A stretch of 64,000 nt of DNA, taken from assembly GCA_004431415.1 (NCBI GenBank), contig QPMI01000087.1, positions 13,253-77,252 of the forward strand, written 5' to 3'. Positions 23,312 through 34,416 of the stretch are shown piece after piece (the stretch's first letter is position 1; each line of letters opens with the position of its first letter). Origin of the DNA: Cyanophora paradoxa CCMP329. Its lineage: Eukaryota > Plantae > Glaucophyta. A model generated the notes under the pieces. That model saw only the letters and a list, made by a program, of their open reading frames with translations. It was not told where the DNA came from and ran no database searches. The translations under genes and the position numbers were made by a program.

Positions 23312-26300
23312 ATGCCAGCAGTCGAGATGTCTGCGGCACAGCAATTCATGCCGGAGGCATCGTCCTCGTCTTCTTCTTCTTCGCGGCCAAGGCTACAGCC
23401 CGCGGCACTTGTTTCGGCAGCTGCGGAGGACGACGCGCAGCTGCCCACCTCGCGGGAACTTGATGCCGACCCGGAGCTGGCCGATCCGCGGGCGGAGCTT
23501 CGGCGTTTGGGCATCACGGGCCCGGAAAGGACATCAAGAAGGCCGGCGACGGATCGTGCGCCCGCGCCCGCCCCGCACCCGCGGAGTTTCCCGACCTTAC
23601 CGCAGTGCGCGCAGCACCCATGTCTCGGCCGTGGACAACGTTCCCGGACTGCCGGGGACGTACGCAGCGCCTCCCTCGGGGCGGGACTGGCGCTGGGCGG
23701 TGCCGGAGGAGAAGCCGGCGCGGCCGGAGGTTTTCGACGACGAGTGCGAGCTGCCGGCCGGCAGCCTTCCCTACATCGAGCGGCGGCCGATCCCGACGCC
23801 GGCGGAGGCGGCCAGCTCGTCCGCATCGTCGCGCCGCGACTCGCTCGTCCCGCACAAGAAGTCCCTAAAGGGCGCCCTCCAGGTCGGCCCGGCCGCCCGC
23901 CTCGATCCCGACCATCGAATTTCATCGCTGACGTCCTCTGCCCCTCCTCTCAGTCCATGTCCACGAACATTGCGGCGCCGCTGAAGCTGGAGGACCGGTG
24001 GGCGTCCGCCAAGCAGCTCGCCACGCCCCGCGGCCTCCTCGGCCTCGCCAAGCGCCACAAGTTCACCATCGCCGCCACGATCTTCTACGGTGCGACGATC
24101 TTAAACCCGCGGATCGGAGCGCCCGCGCCCGCCCGCGTCGCGATCGCTCACGAACAGCCGCGCAGCTATCTTCTTCGGCACGCTCGCGAACACGATCTGG
24201 AAGGACAAGCTCGGCTTCAAGGGCCACATCATGCTCGTCATCCTGTGCGTACTCTTTACGCTCTGGCCGGGCCTGCGCGGGCCTGACCTTCGAATTCTCC
24301 GCCTCCGCCAGGTACTTCCTGATGTTCGCGCTCATCAAGGACTTCTCGGCGGGCCTGGCGTTCCTCGGCGCCCTCACCGCCTGCCTCATGTTCGACGTCG
24401 TCTCCCAGGCCGACGCCCTCGCCGGCTTCTCCAACGCTGGCGTCTTCCAGGCTCGCCCGCCCGCCCGCCCGCGAGATTTGATCCGCGGATCGAATTCGAA
24501 TCGAGTCTGAACCCTGCCGCGCAGGTCGGAGTTCTGTACATCATCGCGGCCGGCATTGAGGAGACCGGAGCCCTCGACTACGCCCTCCGCCGGTGCGCCC
24601 CCCTTCCTTACTTTGCCGCCGCTCTTCCGCCCGCCCCGCCCGCCTCGCCCTGACCGCGGCTCTCCCGCCCGCCCGCCCGTGCGCAGCGTGCTGGGGACGC
24701 CCAAGTCGAAGTCGAACGCCATCTTCCGCATCTCCGCCTCCTGCATCTTCCTCTCTACCTTCCTCAACAACACGCCCATCGGTGCGGGCGGCTGGCGCCC
24801 CCGTCCTTGAGAATTCCAGCGCCGGCCGCGGCTGACCGGTGCCCGTCGCGTCGCCCGATTCTCCTTCGCCCCACCAGTCGCCATGATGTGAGCTCGGTCT
24901 CGATTCTCGGGTCTCCGGCGGCGGCTGACGGGCCGCGCCCTCGCGCAGGATCCCGATCATCGCCTCCTACGCGAAGCGAACGGGAATCGCCCCCTCGTAC
25001 CTCCAGATGGTGCGCTTTGGCTCGGCTCGGCCCGCCCTGGAGGGCCTCGAATCCGGAACCCTCACGCGCCCTTCGCCGCAGCCGATGTCGTTCGCGACGA
25101 TCCTGGGCGGGACCTGCTCCTACATCGGGACCTCGGTGAACCTGGTCGCCTTCTCGCTCGCCAAGGCCCGCGAGCCGACCCTCGAGATGAGCAACCTCTT
25201 CGAGATCGGCGTCATCGGCGGTCCCGTCGCCATCGTCCGCACTCCTGCACTTTCGATTCTACATCTAGATCTGAATCTAATTCTAAATTCGGCGCAGGTC
25301 GGGCTCCTCTACCTCGTGTTCCTGGGGCCCGTGCTGCTCCCGAACCGCAAGTCGATCGCCGACGAGGAGGCGGAGCGGTCCGCCCGCAAGTACCAGGTCT
25401 CCATGCAGGTGCGGGGCGGCAGCTTCGTTCAGTTCAGTTCAGTTCGCGCTTTATTGACGTGCGCGGGTCGTTCTGCAGGTGACGAGCAAGTCCAAGATGG
25501 TGGGGCAGACGTTCAAGGCGGCCGGATTCGAGGACGTGGCGGCGACGGAGATCCTCTGGATCGGCCGCGGGGGCGCCAACTACAGCGCGCGCGCCTTCGA
25601 CGTCAGCGGGGCGACCGTGTGCCACCACGACGTGATCCAGTACTCGGGCCCGCAGTACGCGATCAAGGAGGTGCTCAAGGTCGAGGGCCTCAGCGTCCTC
25701 GGGAACCAGCTCATCAAGCTCGAGGAGGAGGAGCGCGATCGCAAGGACAGCGGCGACGGCCTCGTCCTCGGCGACTTCTGCGTGGCCGTCAACTCGCCCT
25801 ACGTCGGCCGCACCGCCCGCCAGCTCCGCATGCGCAGCAGCCTCCGCGCCGCCCTGCTCGCCATCCAGCGCCCCGGCGTGACCCTCACCACGCCCGTCTC
25901 GGAGACGCCGCTCGTGGCCGGCGACACGCTCCTCGTCGCGTGCCCGCCGGCCCTCATCAAAGCCCAGAAGCACCTGCCCGACTTCGCCAGCGTGGCTGAG
26001 GTCGAGGACTCCGAGCGCTTCGTCAACCGGGTGCGAGCGCTAGCTAGCTCCCCGCGCGCGCGCCGAGCCGGCCGGCCGTCTTCTAACCGCAGCGGGCGCA
26101 GCCGTCGGTGGTGAAGATGGTGGTGGCGACGCTCCTGACCATCGCCATGATCGTGCTCCCGTCGATCGCGGACGACGTGCCGGCCCTCTGGTACTCCCCC
26201 TGGAACGCCAAGGCGAACCCCAACAAGCTCTCCCTCACCCACACCGTCCTCCTCTCCGGTGCGAGGAGCCAAGCCGTGCTAAGCCGTCTGGATCTGACAG

Positions 26301-26950
26301 GATCTCGCCCGCAGCCTTCCTCATGATGGCGTTCCGCGTCGTCAAGGCCAAGCGCGCGTACGGCTACGTCGGCGCCGACGTCCTCCTCACCATCGCCTGC
26401 GCCTTCGGCATCGGCACGGCCCTCGAGCGCTCCGGCCTCGCCAAGGTCTTCGCCGACTCCATCGTCGACATCTTCAAGGTGATTACAATAAGCGAAATCT
26501 GTCAAGCGTCTTGTTGTTTGTATCTTATAATCTCCTCAGGGCTCGGAGCTGGGCCTCCTATTCGGCGTCTACATCGCCTGCGTGCTGCTCAACGCCGTCA
26601 TCTCCAACGCCGCCTGCGTCGCCCTCGTCTTCCCCATCGTCTACAACATCCTGGTGCTTAATTTAAGCTTAAGCTTAAGCTTCTATACTTCTTCGTCTTG
26701 TTCTTACGTTTCTTGCTATGATAAATTGCAGAAGGGGAAGATGGCTATCAAGGTCCTCATCTACATCCTCATGATGGCCGGCTCCGCCGACTTCTCGACG
26801 CCGATCGGCTACCAGACGAACCTGATGGTGCAGAAGCCCGGCGGCTACCGCTTCCTCGACTACACCAAGTTCGGCCTCCCGCTCCAGCTCATCTGCATGG
26901 GGATGTCCGTCCCCATCGCCTACTTCGCCTTCCGCGGCGGCCAGATGTGA
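23312..26950 (+). CDS. SLC13/DASS-family Na+/sulfate cotransporter of the SLT/SAC1-like type with TrkA-C (RCK-C) domains
   Basis: Motifs [59 protein letters not shown], a TrkA-C region ([28 protein letters not shown]...LVAGDTLL), [30 protein letters not shown] and [37 protein letters not shown]. Stop TGA ends at 26950. A 1-bp deletion at ~23520 in this copy is intact in copy A. Confidence 0.92.
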
Positions 26951-27966
26951 GCCCGAGACCGAGCGCTCGGCCGACGCTCCGCTCTAGCTTGCTTTCGTGC
27001 GCCAGAGAGCGTATCTATAATCTCTGCTTAGCTGTCTTCTTTAATTTCGTAGAACCAATGCCTGTACAATAGAAACCTTCTTTCTTTTTAATGCTTTTTT
27101 ATCGATGATTCGATGATTCGTTTGAATGCACTAGTGTTGTGCTTTCCGCTATTCGCGTTATGTCATTATATATGGTATGTATCTAGGTATAAACTAGATT
27201 GCATGGCAGCAGCGCTAGCACTAGGCCTAGATATTCAAGTAGATCCTTTACGTATTCGATCCAGACCACAATACTTGGTGCCGAAGCAGTTGTAAAAGTC
27301 GTAATTGATCATGAACTGCACAACACCGATATATTCGCCAGTGGGGCGGACCGGAGGAAGGGGAGCAGGACGCGCGCGAGGCCTAGGCCTGGCCCTGGAT
27401 CAAGGCCCTTATAATTAAGTTTCAGGCTTGGGGAGCTCGAGGGCCGGGCCCGGCGCCCGGGGGCGCGCGCGCGCGAGCTTCCTGAATTCGAACTTATCCC
27501 GGGCCCCGCCGGGCCGGGCCTGAACGTGATGCACTGGGCCCGATTTAAATTTTCCCCCGCAGGCAGCGCTAGCTATAGCGCTGGCGCTAGCCCAGTCCGG
27601 ATCCTTTCCCCAGCTGCAGCGTCTATATATATATAGCCCGCGGACCCCGCCAATTTGAGGCCGGCTCACCGAGTCAGGATCCGGATCGAAACGCGGCTGT
27701 AAGGCGACCGATAAAACTGGCTTGATCGAAGGAAAGCAAACTGCGACTAGCACCGCGACTACCTATAGCTATAATTACATAGATGAAGAAAAGAGTATTG
27801 TGTGTGGCTGCGGGCGCCTAGCCTAGTAGGCGTGGGCGCGCCGGCGCCCGTCGCTGCGGGGCCGGGGCGCACCTCGCAGCGCTGGGAGTGAGCCCGAGGG
27901 CGAGAATACGGTACAGGATGGTGGTACAAGCGCGAGGGCCCCGCCGCCTGGCCGCCGGGGGGCGGC

Positions 27967-30252
27967 TCAGGCGGCGCCGGAGGGGACGAAGCCGAGCTTG
28001 CGGGCGGCCTCGCGGATGCGCCGGGCGCTGCCCTGCAGGCTCTCCAGCTCTGCCCCCGCCCGCCCCCGAGTGAGTGAGCGCCCGAAGCTGAAGTTTGGAG
28101 GGCGACGGCCTCGGGGTGGGATCGGAGCGGGGCGCGCGCACGCTTCTGGAGCTGCTTGGCGACCTCGTCGGACTCGCGGCGCTCGGCCGCATCTCGCGAT
28201 CGGCGACCTTCCAGGTAGAAGAGGCGCGGGTCCGCCCGCATCCGCTGCGCCCGCCCCGGCCCGTCGGCCCTCGGCCCCGCTCGGCCCCGGCCCCCGATCC
28301 TATGAAGCGGAGGAGGCGCGCCGGGCGGCCCTCGCCCTCACTAGTACTCACCTCGGCCTCGGCGATGACGTCACGGATCTTGTCGTGCTCCAGGCGCGGG
28401 AAGCTCAGGTCCGCCTCCAGGATCTCCTGCGCCCGCGATCGAGATCGATTTATAGCCCGCTAAGAGGGGCGCGCGGGGCGCGGCGGGGCGCGGCGAGGGC
28501 GGGCGCGCGCGCGTGCGGGCGCGCACCCGCGTTTCTGAGAGGAGCTTTGCCAGGGCCCCGACGCGGCGGCCGGGCCAGCGTTGCACGCCCAGATTCCGCA
28601 CCTGCTTCTTGAGCAGCTGCACCGGGCCGGGCCGCGCCGCGTCGGACGCGCAAGGAGAGAGCGAGAGAAAGGCGAGGAGAGAGGGAAGAGCTACCGTCTC
28701 GCAAACGCCGAGGGCGTGGGCGGCCTGGGTCTGCTGGAGGTGGAGGAAGGGCTTGAGGTCCTCCAGCGAGAGCTGCCGCACCTCCTGCGGCGCCGAGAGG
28801 ACCGTCCGGGCGCTCTTCCGGGCCTTGCCCTTGGCGCCGCCGCCCTTGGCCGGCGCCGGCGCCCCGCGCCGCCGCTTGGTCGCCCCGCTGGCCGCCACGA
28901 GGAAGACGTGCCGCCCCTCCGCCTCCGAGGCGCTCCCGAGCGATTCCGAGTCGGACTCGTGCCGCGCCGCCGGCCCCGCGCGGGCGGCCGCGGCCGGCGC
29001 CGAGTCGAGCTGGAGGCGAGCGAGGTCGGGACGCAGGGGGCCCAGGAGCGCCGGCGCCGGCGCCGGCGTCGCGCTCGGGGGCTGCGGCTGCGGCTGAGTC
29101 GCCTCGGAGGCCCCGAGCTGGAGACACGCGAGGTCGCCTAGCGACGTCGGCGGCGCGCTCGGAGCCACCTGGAAGGCCTCGAGGTCGTGGGCCGGCAAGA
29201 AGGGTCCCAGCTCGCGTAAGATCGCCCCCATGCTCCCGTCGTCGGCCAGAAGGCCCTCCCAGTCGATCTCGACGTCGGGGGAGGAGGGCGAGGCGGAGCA
29301 GAGCGAGGGTACCGCCTCCGCCTCCGCGTCGGCCAGAAGACCCTCGGGGCTGAGCGCCGCCTCCAAGTGGATGTCGAGGTCGATCTCGGCGTCGGAGGAG
29401 GAGATCTCGGCGTCGGAGGAGGAGGGGGAGACGGGGCAGAGCGAGGGCGTCGCGTCGGGCCCGGGCTCCAGCTCCCGCTCCGGGCACGCCTCGGGGTGCG
29501 ACCAGGCCGAGGGGCGCATCGCTAGCGCCTGCCGCGGGGAGGGGGACGCGGGTCAGCGGCCAGCCTCCTGCGGGCGGCGGGAGGCGCGCGATCGCGAGCA
29601 CGAGGGTGCGAGGCGAACCTCCCCCGCAGGCTGCTGGGCGCTGGTACACTCTAGAAGCCGCCCAAGGTTGAGACATTTGAGAAGCGCATCCTGTGCGGCC
29701 GTGTGATTGCACGGAGCGGCGTGCCAGCGCGGGGGAGGAGAAGGATCGGCGGACCTCGAACTCTCCCGCGGCAGGCGCCGCAGCCGCGAAGGCGCTGCCG
29801 CTTTCGCTGGCTCCATAGAATGCCGGCTGCACTACGGCTGCAGCTGCGGTCGCCGTGGCGGTGCCCCAGGCCTCGTACGCATGCGCGACGAATTCCGCCG
29901 GGGGCTGCGGCTGCGGCTGCTTTGACGCCTTCAAATCTTCGGCCGCCGCGGGAGGCACGAAATGCAGCCCCGCTATGGCCGCGTGCGCGTGCCTCCTGAA
30001 TTCCTTTGCCGACGGCGCTCCGGAGATGCGCGGCGCCAGCTGCAGGCTCGCCGTGCGGCTGGAGGCGTGGAGCGCGCTGGCGACGCTGGGCAGGATGTGC
30101 GGGCTCGAGCTCGCAGAGAACGAGATGGGAGTCACATGCTCAGCAGGCCTTGGCGGCGGCGCGTCGTCATCACAGAGTTGCTGGATGATCGGTCGTAATC
30201 GATTTGCGCAGCGGACATTCCGCGTGCGACAGGCCGCGCTGGTGGTGTTCAT
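27967..30252 (-). CDS. RWP-RK domain transcription factor (start uncertain)
   Basis: Spliced domain VRQLSLEDLKPFLHLQQTQAAHALGVCET|LLKKQVRNLGVQRWPGRRV preceded by a basic NLS-like stretch (TKRRRG...KGKARKSAR) and an acidic Ser-rich region. Predicted stop TGA at 27967-27969. Confidence 0.85.
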
Positions 30253-30874
30253 CTGCAGCTGCGGCGGATGGTCGAGGTCAGAAGCGGCCGAGGCGAGCCC
30301 GTGCGCCACTTCAGCCGGGGGCCCATACGCATGCGGACGCACTTTATCTTATCCAGGCGGCAGACGCGCTGATCTTATCCAGGAGAACTCGTATACTCCG
30401 CTGCGCAACGGGGCGGGTGTTTAGATCATGGCGGAAGACCGGTCACACCAGTTCGCCGCTCCGCCCCACATGCGGTCTAAAGTGTGCGGCAAATGCTTTT
30501 AAGAAGCTATCTAGCAATGCGCGCACACCAAAGCTGCGGCCGGAAGGCCGCCGAACGCGCCCGAACAAGCGCCTTTGCGGAGGGGTACGGTGCTCGTTCA
30601 ACATGCGGTCCACGCTGCATCCGGCCAGCTGGCGCCTGTAGTCAGCGCTGCTGCCTAGGAGCGACCGGGGTGCATCATAGCTCTTCGCTCTTGCCGATCA
30701 AACCGGCGACATCCACATCCTCCGGCGCCCTATCCGGCCACTTACCGCTGCCTCCATCCTCGAGCTCGCGGCGCCAATCGATATCGGCGGCTCAGCATTC
30801 TTGTCGTTCTTTCACGGCGCTGGCTGCCCGTCGGGCGAGGCGATGCGGTTGCGCTGACAGACAGCAAACTGCGG

Positions 30875-32956
30875 ATGCGCAACGCAGACGCTGATCGCAT
30901 CGTGCGCGCTCTCCTACGGCCGTTTCTCGCCTCGTTTCATCGGCAGTTCACCGCCACGGGGCCTGCTCACGCCGCCTCGCTCAGGAGCGTTATCTTTCGG
31001 GCTCCGACTACCGGTGGCGAGGCGGAGGCGCCCTGCGAGATGATGAGCGACCGGTGCGCCATTAAGCGCCTCCCTGATCTTCTTCGGGCGTCGCCGCGTG
31101 TGGGTCGCCGCCGGGCCACTGGCGTCGCTCCACGGACGGGACCGGCCTGACGCCCATTTCGGCGTCGCGGCGCAGGATGAGCTTGAGGCGGCGGCTGGAC
31201 TGGGACCGATGCGCGAGCTCCCGCGGCATCGAGGACCTCGTCACCCTCGCGCTTTCGATCCGCGACCAGGCTCCCGCGAGCCTGCGCGAGGCGAGCGCAC
31301 GTGCCGGGCCCGCCGCGCTCCGCCGTCTCTGACATCCCCCGCTTTGCGCACAGGTCAAGCCCGAAAACGGAATCTTATCTGAGATTCGTTGCATCGAGTT
31401 CCGCGGGCTCTCCAGAGAGGTGCGCCGGGCCGGGCGGAAGGGCGCCGGCGCCGCCGGCCGCGCTCCGGCTGACGGGCGGGCGGGCGTCCCCGCGCGCAGG
31501 TGATCGTGACCGCCTTTGCGGTGCCGCACGTGCCGCCCCGCGAGGCCTGCTCCTTCATGACCGTCGACGAGCTCCGCTTCCAGTGGGAGCTCATGGCGCG
31601 CACGTGCCCCCCTCCCTTCTTCCCCGCTTCTAAGCGACCTGCGCGCGCAGTTCCGCGGGACGAAGACGCAGATCCCGCTGGACGGGTTGCGCCTCGGGGG
31701 CGCGGCGCACTGCGACGTGGCCTACTCGGTCGAGGAGAAAGGCCTCTCGGACCTCTTCCGCATCGCCAACGCCGCCTCCACCGTCCTCCGCGGCAACACC
31801 GCCCTCCCCCCGCCCTTCAGCTGCTCCCGCCCCGACCTCGCCGACGCCTGGGTACACTTCCGCTCCGACGTCACCGCCCTACCCCCCCGCTGCGACGACG
31901 CCTCCTCCCTCCCCGGCATCCCCGAGTGCGCCCCCGCGCACCGCGCCACGTACCCCCTCCCTCGCCCTTCATACCCCTGTCCTCCTTCTACAGGCACCCC
32001 TTGAACGTGGACTGCAAGGCAGCGGTCTGTACCCCCCTCGTGCCCGGCAACCCGCAGAGCGGCTCTCGCGTGATCATCTTTTGGGCCTGGGAGCGGGTGC
32101 GCGGGGGGTACCGGGTCCTCCCGCCAGCGGGCGGATCCAGCTGAGCGCTCGTACCCCCCAGCGCTACCTGGAGAGGCACCTCCCCGCCTTCCTCATCGCG
32201 CGGGCCCTCAAGTACGTCATATCCCACGCCGCGAACCTGCAGTGCGCCCGTACCCGTGCCCCCCTCCCCTTTCTCGTATCGCCGCCGCTGATTCCCTGTA
32301 CCCCAGCTGGATGAAGCTGCAGAAGGTGATGCTGGAACGCGCGGCCGCCATCTCCGAGGAGAAGAGTACGCGCTCTTTTTCCCGGCAGGGGGTACGCGTG
32401 CACGCCTCCGCGCGGGCCTGACCGGCGCCCCGCCCGCCCCGCCGCAGCCGCCGTCGCCGCGGCGCAAGGGAGCGTCCTACCCCGCATGCGGCTCTCCCCC
32501 CCCTCCCAGGGGCCCGCCAGCGCTGTACCCCGCTCCCTGTCCCCCCCCGAAGGCGGCTCGCGCCCCTGCAGCGCCGGGGCGGCCCTCTCCGACGAGGCCG
32601 CCGTCGACGTGCGCCGTACCCCCTCCGAATTCGCCCCCCCCCCGTTCGACGATAACGTACCCCCTCGTTCGCCGCAGTCGTTCTCGTCGTTCGTGGACAC
32701 AGAGCTCGAGGTGGACCGGCTGCAGTGCGCCATGGCGGCCGCCTCTCTGCGGGACCGATCCGTCAGCCCCCCCCGCGAGCCCTGGCCCACCGAGCCGCCC
32801 TCCGCGCCCCGCGCCGCCGAGCCGGCGGCGTACCCCCCTTGCGCCCAGACCTTTGCCCAGCCGGCCCGCTCCTGTCCCTTCTCCGGTCTCGCTGCCGCGT
32901 TCAGCGCCGTCCCGACGGGCATTCTCCCCAGACCATCTATGGCCTTCGGGGCCTGA
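30875..32956 (+). CDS. Multi-exon hypothetical protein, possible START/SRPBCC lipid-binding fold
   Basis: Exons VIVTAFAVPHVPPREACSFMTVDELRFQWELMAR, AHCDVAYSVEEKG, SGSRVIIFWAWER and HLPAFLIARALKYVISH resemble the START pattern (V.P......D...R..W; GS.V; LP.FLI). Ser/Pro-rich tail; stop at 32956. Start uncertain. Confidence 0.5.
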
Positions 32957-33614
32957 CCCGCGGCGCCGGCCGGCGCCGCTGGACCATCGTTTAGCTATCT
33001 CGGTACTCTTTCTCTCCAGTCAACCCTTACGTGCAGCCATCACATCAAGTCAAGTAGTGCGTCAGGATTTTCAGAGTTTAGTGCGTCAGGTTTGGCGTTA
33101 GCTCAATTTCTAGCTGTACATGTAAAGCCCCCGCGGTGCAGATGATACATCTAGATCCAGGTATATGGACGTGCGATTGAAGCGATATCGGTATCTCTAA
33201 GCAATATACGTGTATTTCTATAACTTAGTGTACGGTATCAGCTATTATAGTTATGCACAGAACCTCCTCAAATTCGAGCTTGATCGCTGCTCATGAGTTA
33301 TTTGTGCTCTTTGCGAGTGTTGACGTTCTGATCGATCTTCTTTTTTCAATATCGATGAGTGAAGGCTCTTGTCTCGAGCTTGAGACGTGGCCGAATGGGT
33401 GCGAGCTTGGGGGGGAGGGGGTTGCGGCTGGGCCGTGCCACGGTGGGCACCGCTCGCCAAGTCGGGAAAGACTGCGAAGCCCAGTGCGATGGGAAAGCCT
33501 AGGACGGAAGCGGAGGCGGAGGCGGAGGCGGAGGCGGAGGAGTAACGGCCACGGGCCGGTGCGGGTGCCACGGTGCGGCGGCCGGCTGCGACCTGACCGC
33601 AGCCGCGGGCGCTT

Positions 33615-34325
33615 CTACTGCTTGGGGAAGGGGGGGCCCTGGCACGCCTCCCCGCAGCGCTCCAGGCAGTACTGCGAGTGCGTTAAGTTAGGGGGGGCGC
33701 GCGCGGCGCTCATGGGGCGCGGGGCGGGGCGGGGCGGGGCTTAAGCGGACCTTGCGGCTTCGGAATCCCTCCTTCAGCGCGATAGGACTCTTCCTGATAT
33801 CTGCGGCCGGCAAGTTAAGGCGCGGGGCGCGCGACCGTGGGCGTGGTGGGGGCCAGCCGCAGGCGCACTCAGCGGGTAGTCGCCGGGGGCGTCGCCGGGC
33901 CGGATCTGCGCGTGGACCCCGGCCACAACCGGGGGGCGGTCCCTCAGCCGCAGAACGCACGGCACGTGCGCAGACACAAGCTTAAGGTGCGTGGAGCGTA
34001 CGCATGTAGCGACGCATTTCCTGAGGCACGCGTCTCTCTCTTTCGCGAACTTCGGGTCGACGTCCGACTTCGAGCCCGCGGCCGCGCTGGCCCTGTCCGC
34101 GCCTGCGCCCAAGGCCAGCGACGCCAGGAGCGCCGCCAAGGCTCTCCTGCCGAGCCCCTGCGCGTCCTGTTTACGTTCGCTGCCGCTTCTGCTGCAGCTT
34201 TCGCCGGCGCCGTGCGCGACAATCGGCGCTGGCGCAGCGCCGAGCCCAGCATCCGCCGGAACCCGCGCTTCGCGCTCCCTGCGCGGTGCATGGGCATGCC
34301 AAGGCCAGGTGAACGCCCCGCTCAT
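33615..34325 (-). CDS. Small Cys-rich thylakoid-lumen protein with bipartite (transit + twin-arginine) presequence
   Basis: 4 exons: MSGAF...GLGRRALAALLASLALGAGADRASA-AAGSKSDVDPKFAKERDACLRKCVATC|IRPGDAPGDYPL|NIRKSPIALKEGFRSRK|YCLERCGEACQGPPFPKQ*. RR + hydrophobic stretch + AxA cleavage site; two CxxxCxxxC motifs. Confidence 0.8.
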
Positions 34326-34416
34326 CGCCACGCGTTGTCTGCGCCGAGATGACTGCAACTGCCGGGCCGGGGTACTCTGAATTCGATCAGCGGTAGCAGC
34401 GGCCCCGATCCGAGCG

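Larger units (their letters stand above)
10054..24916. repeat. 7.4-kb tandem duplication: copy A 10054-17507, copy B 17509-24916
   Basis: Copy B is 46 bp shorter and differs from A almost only by 1-bp indels (mostly deletions) in homopolymers/short runs. Octamer ctccggcg is present at both breakpoints (10061-10068, 24913-24920). Confidence 0.95.
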
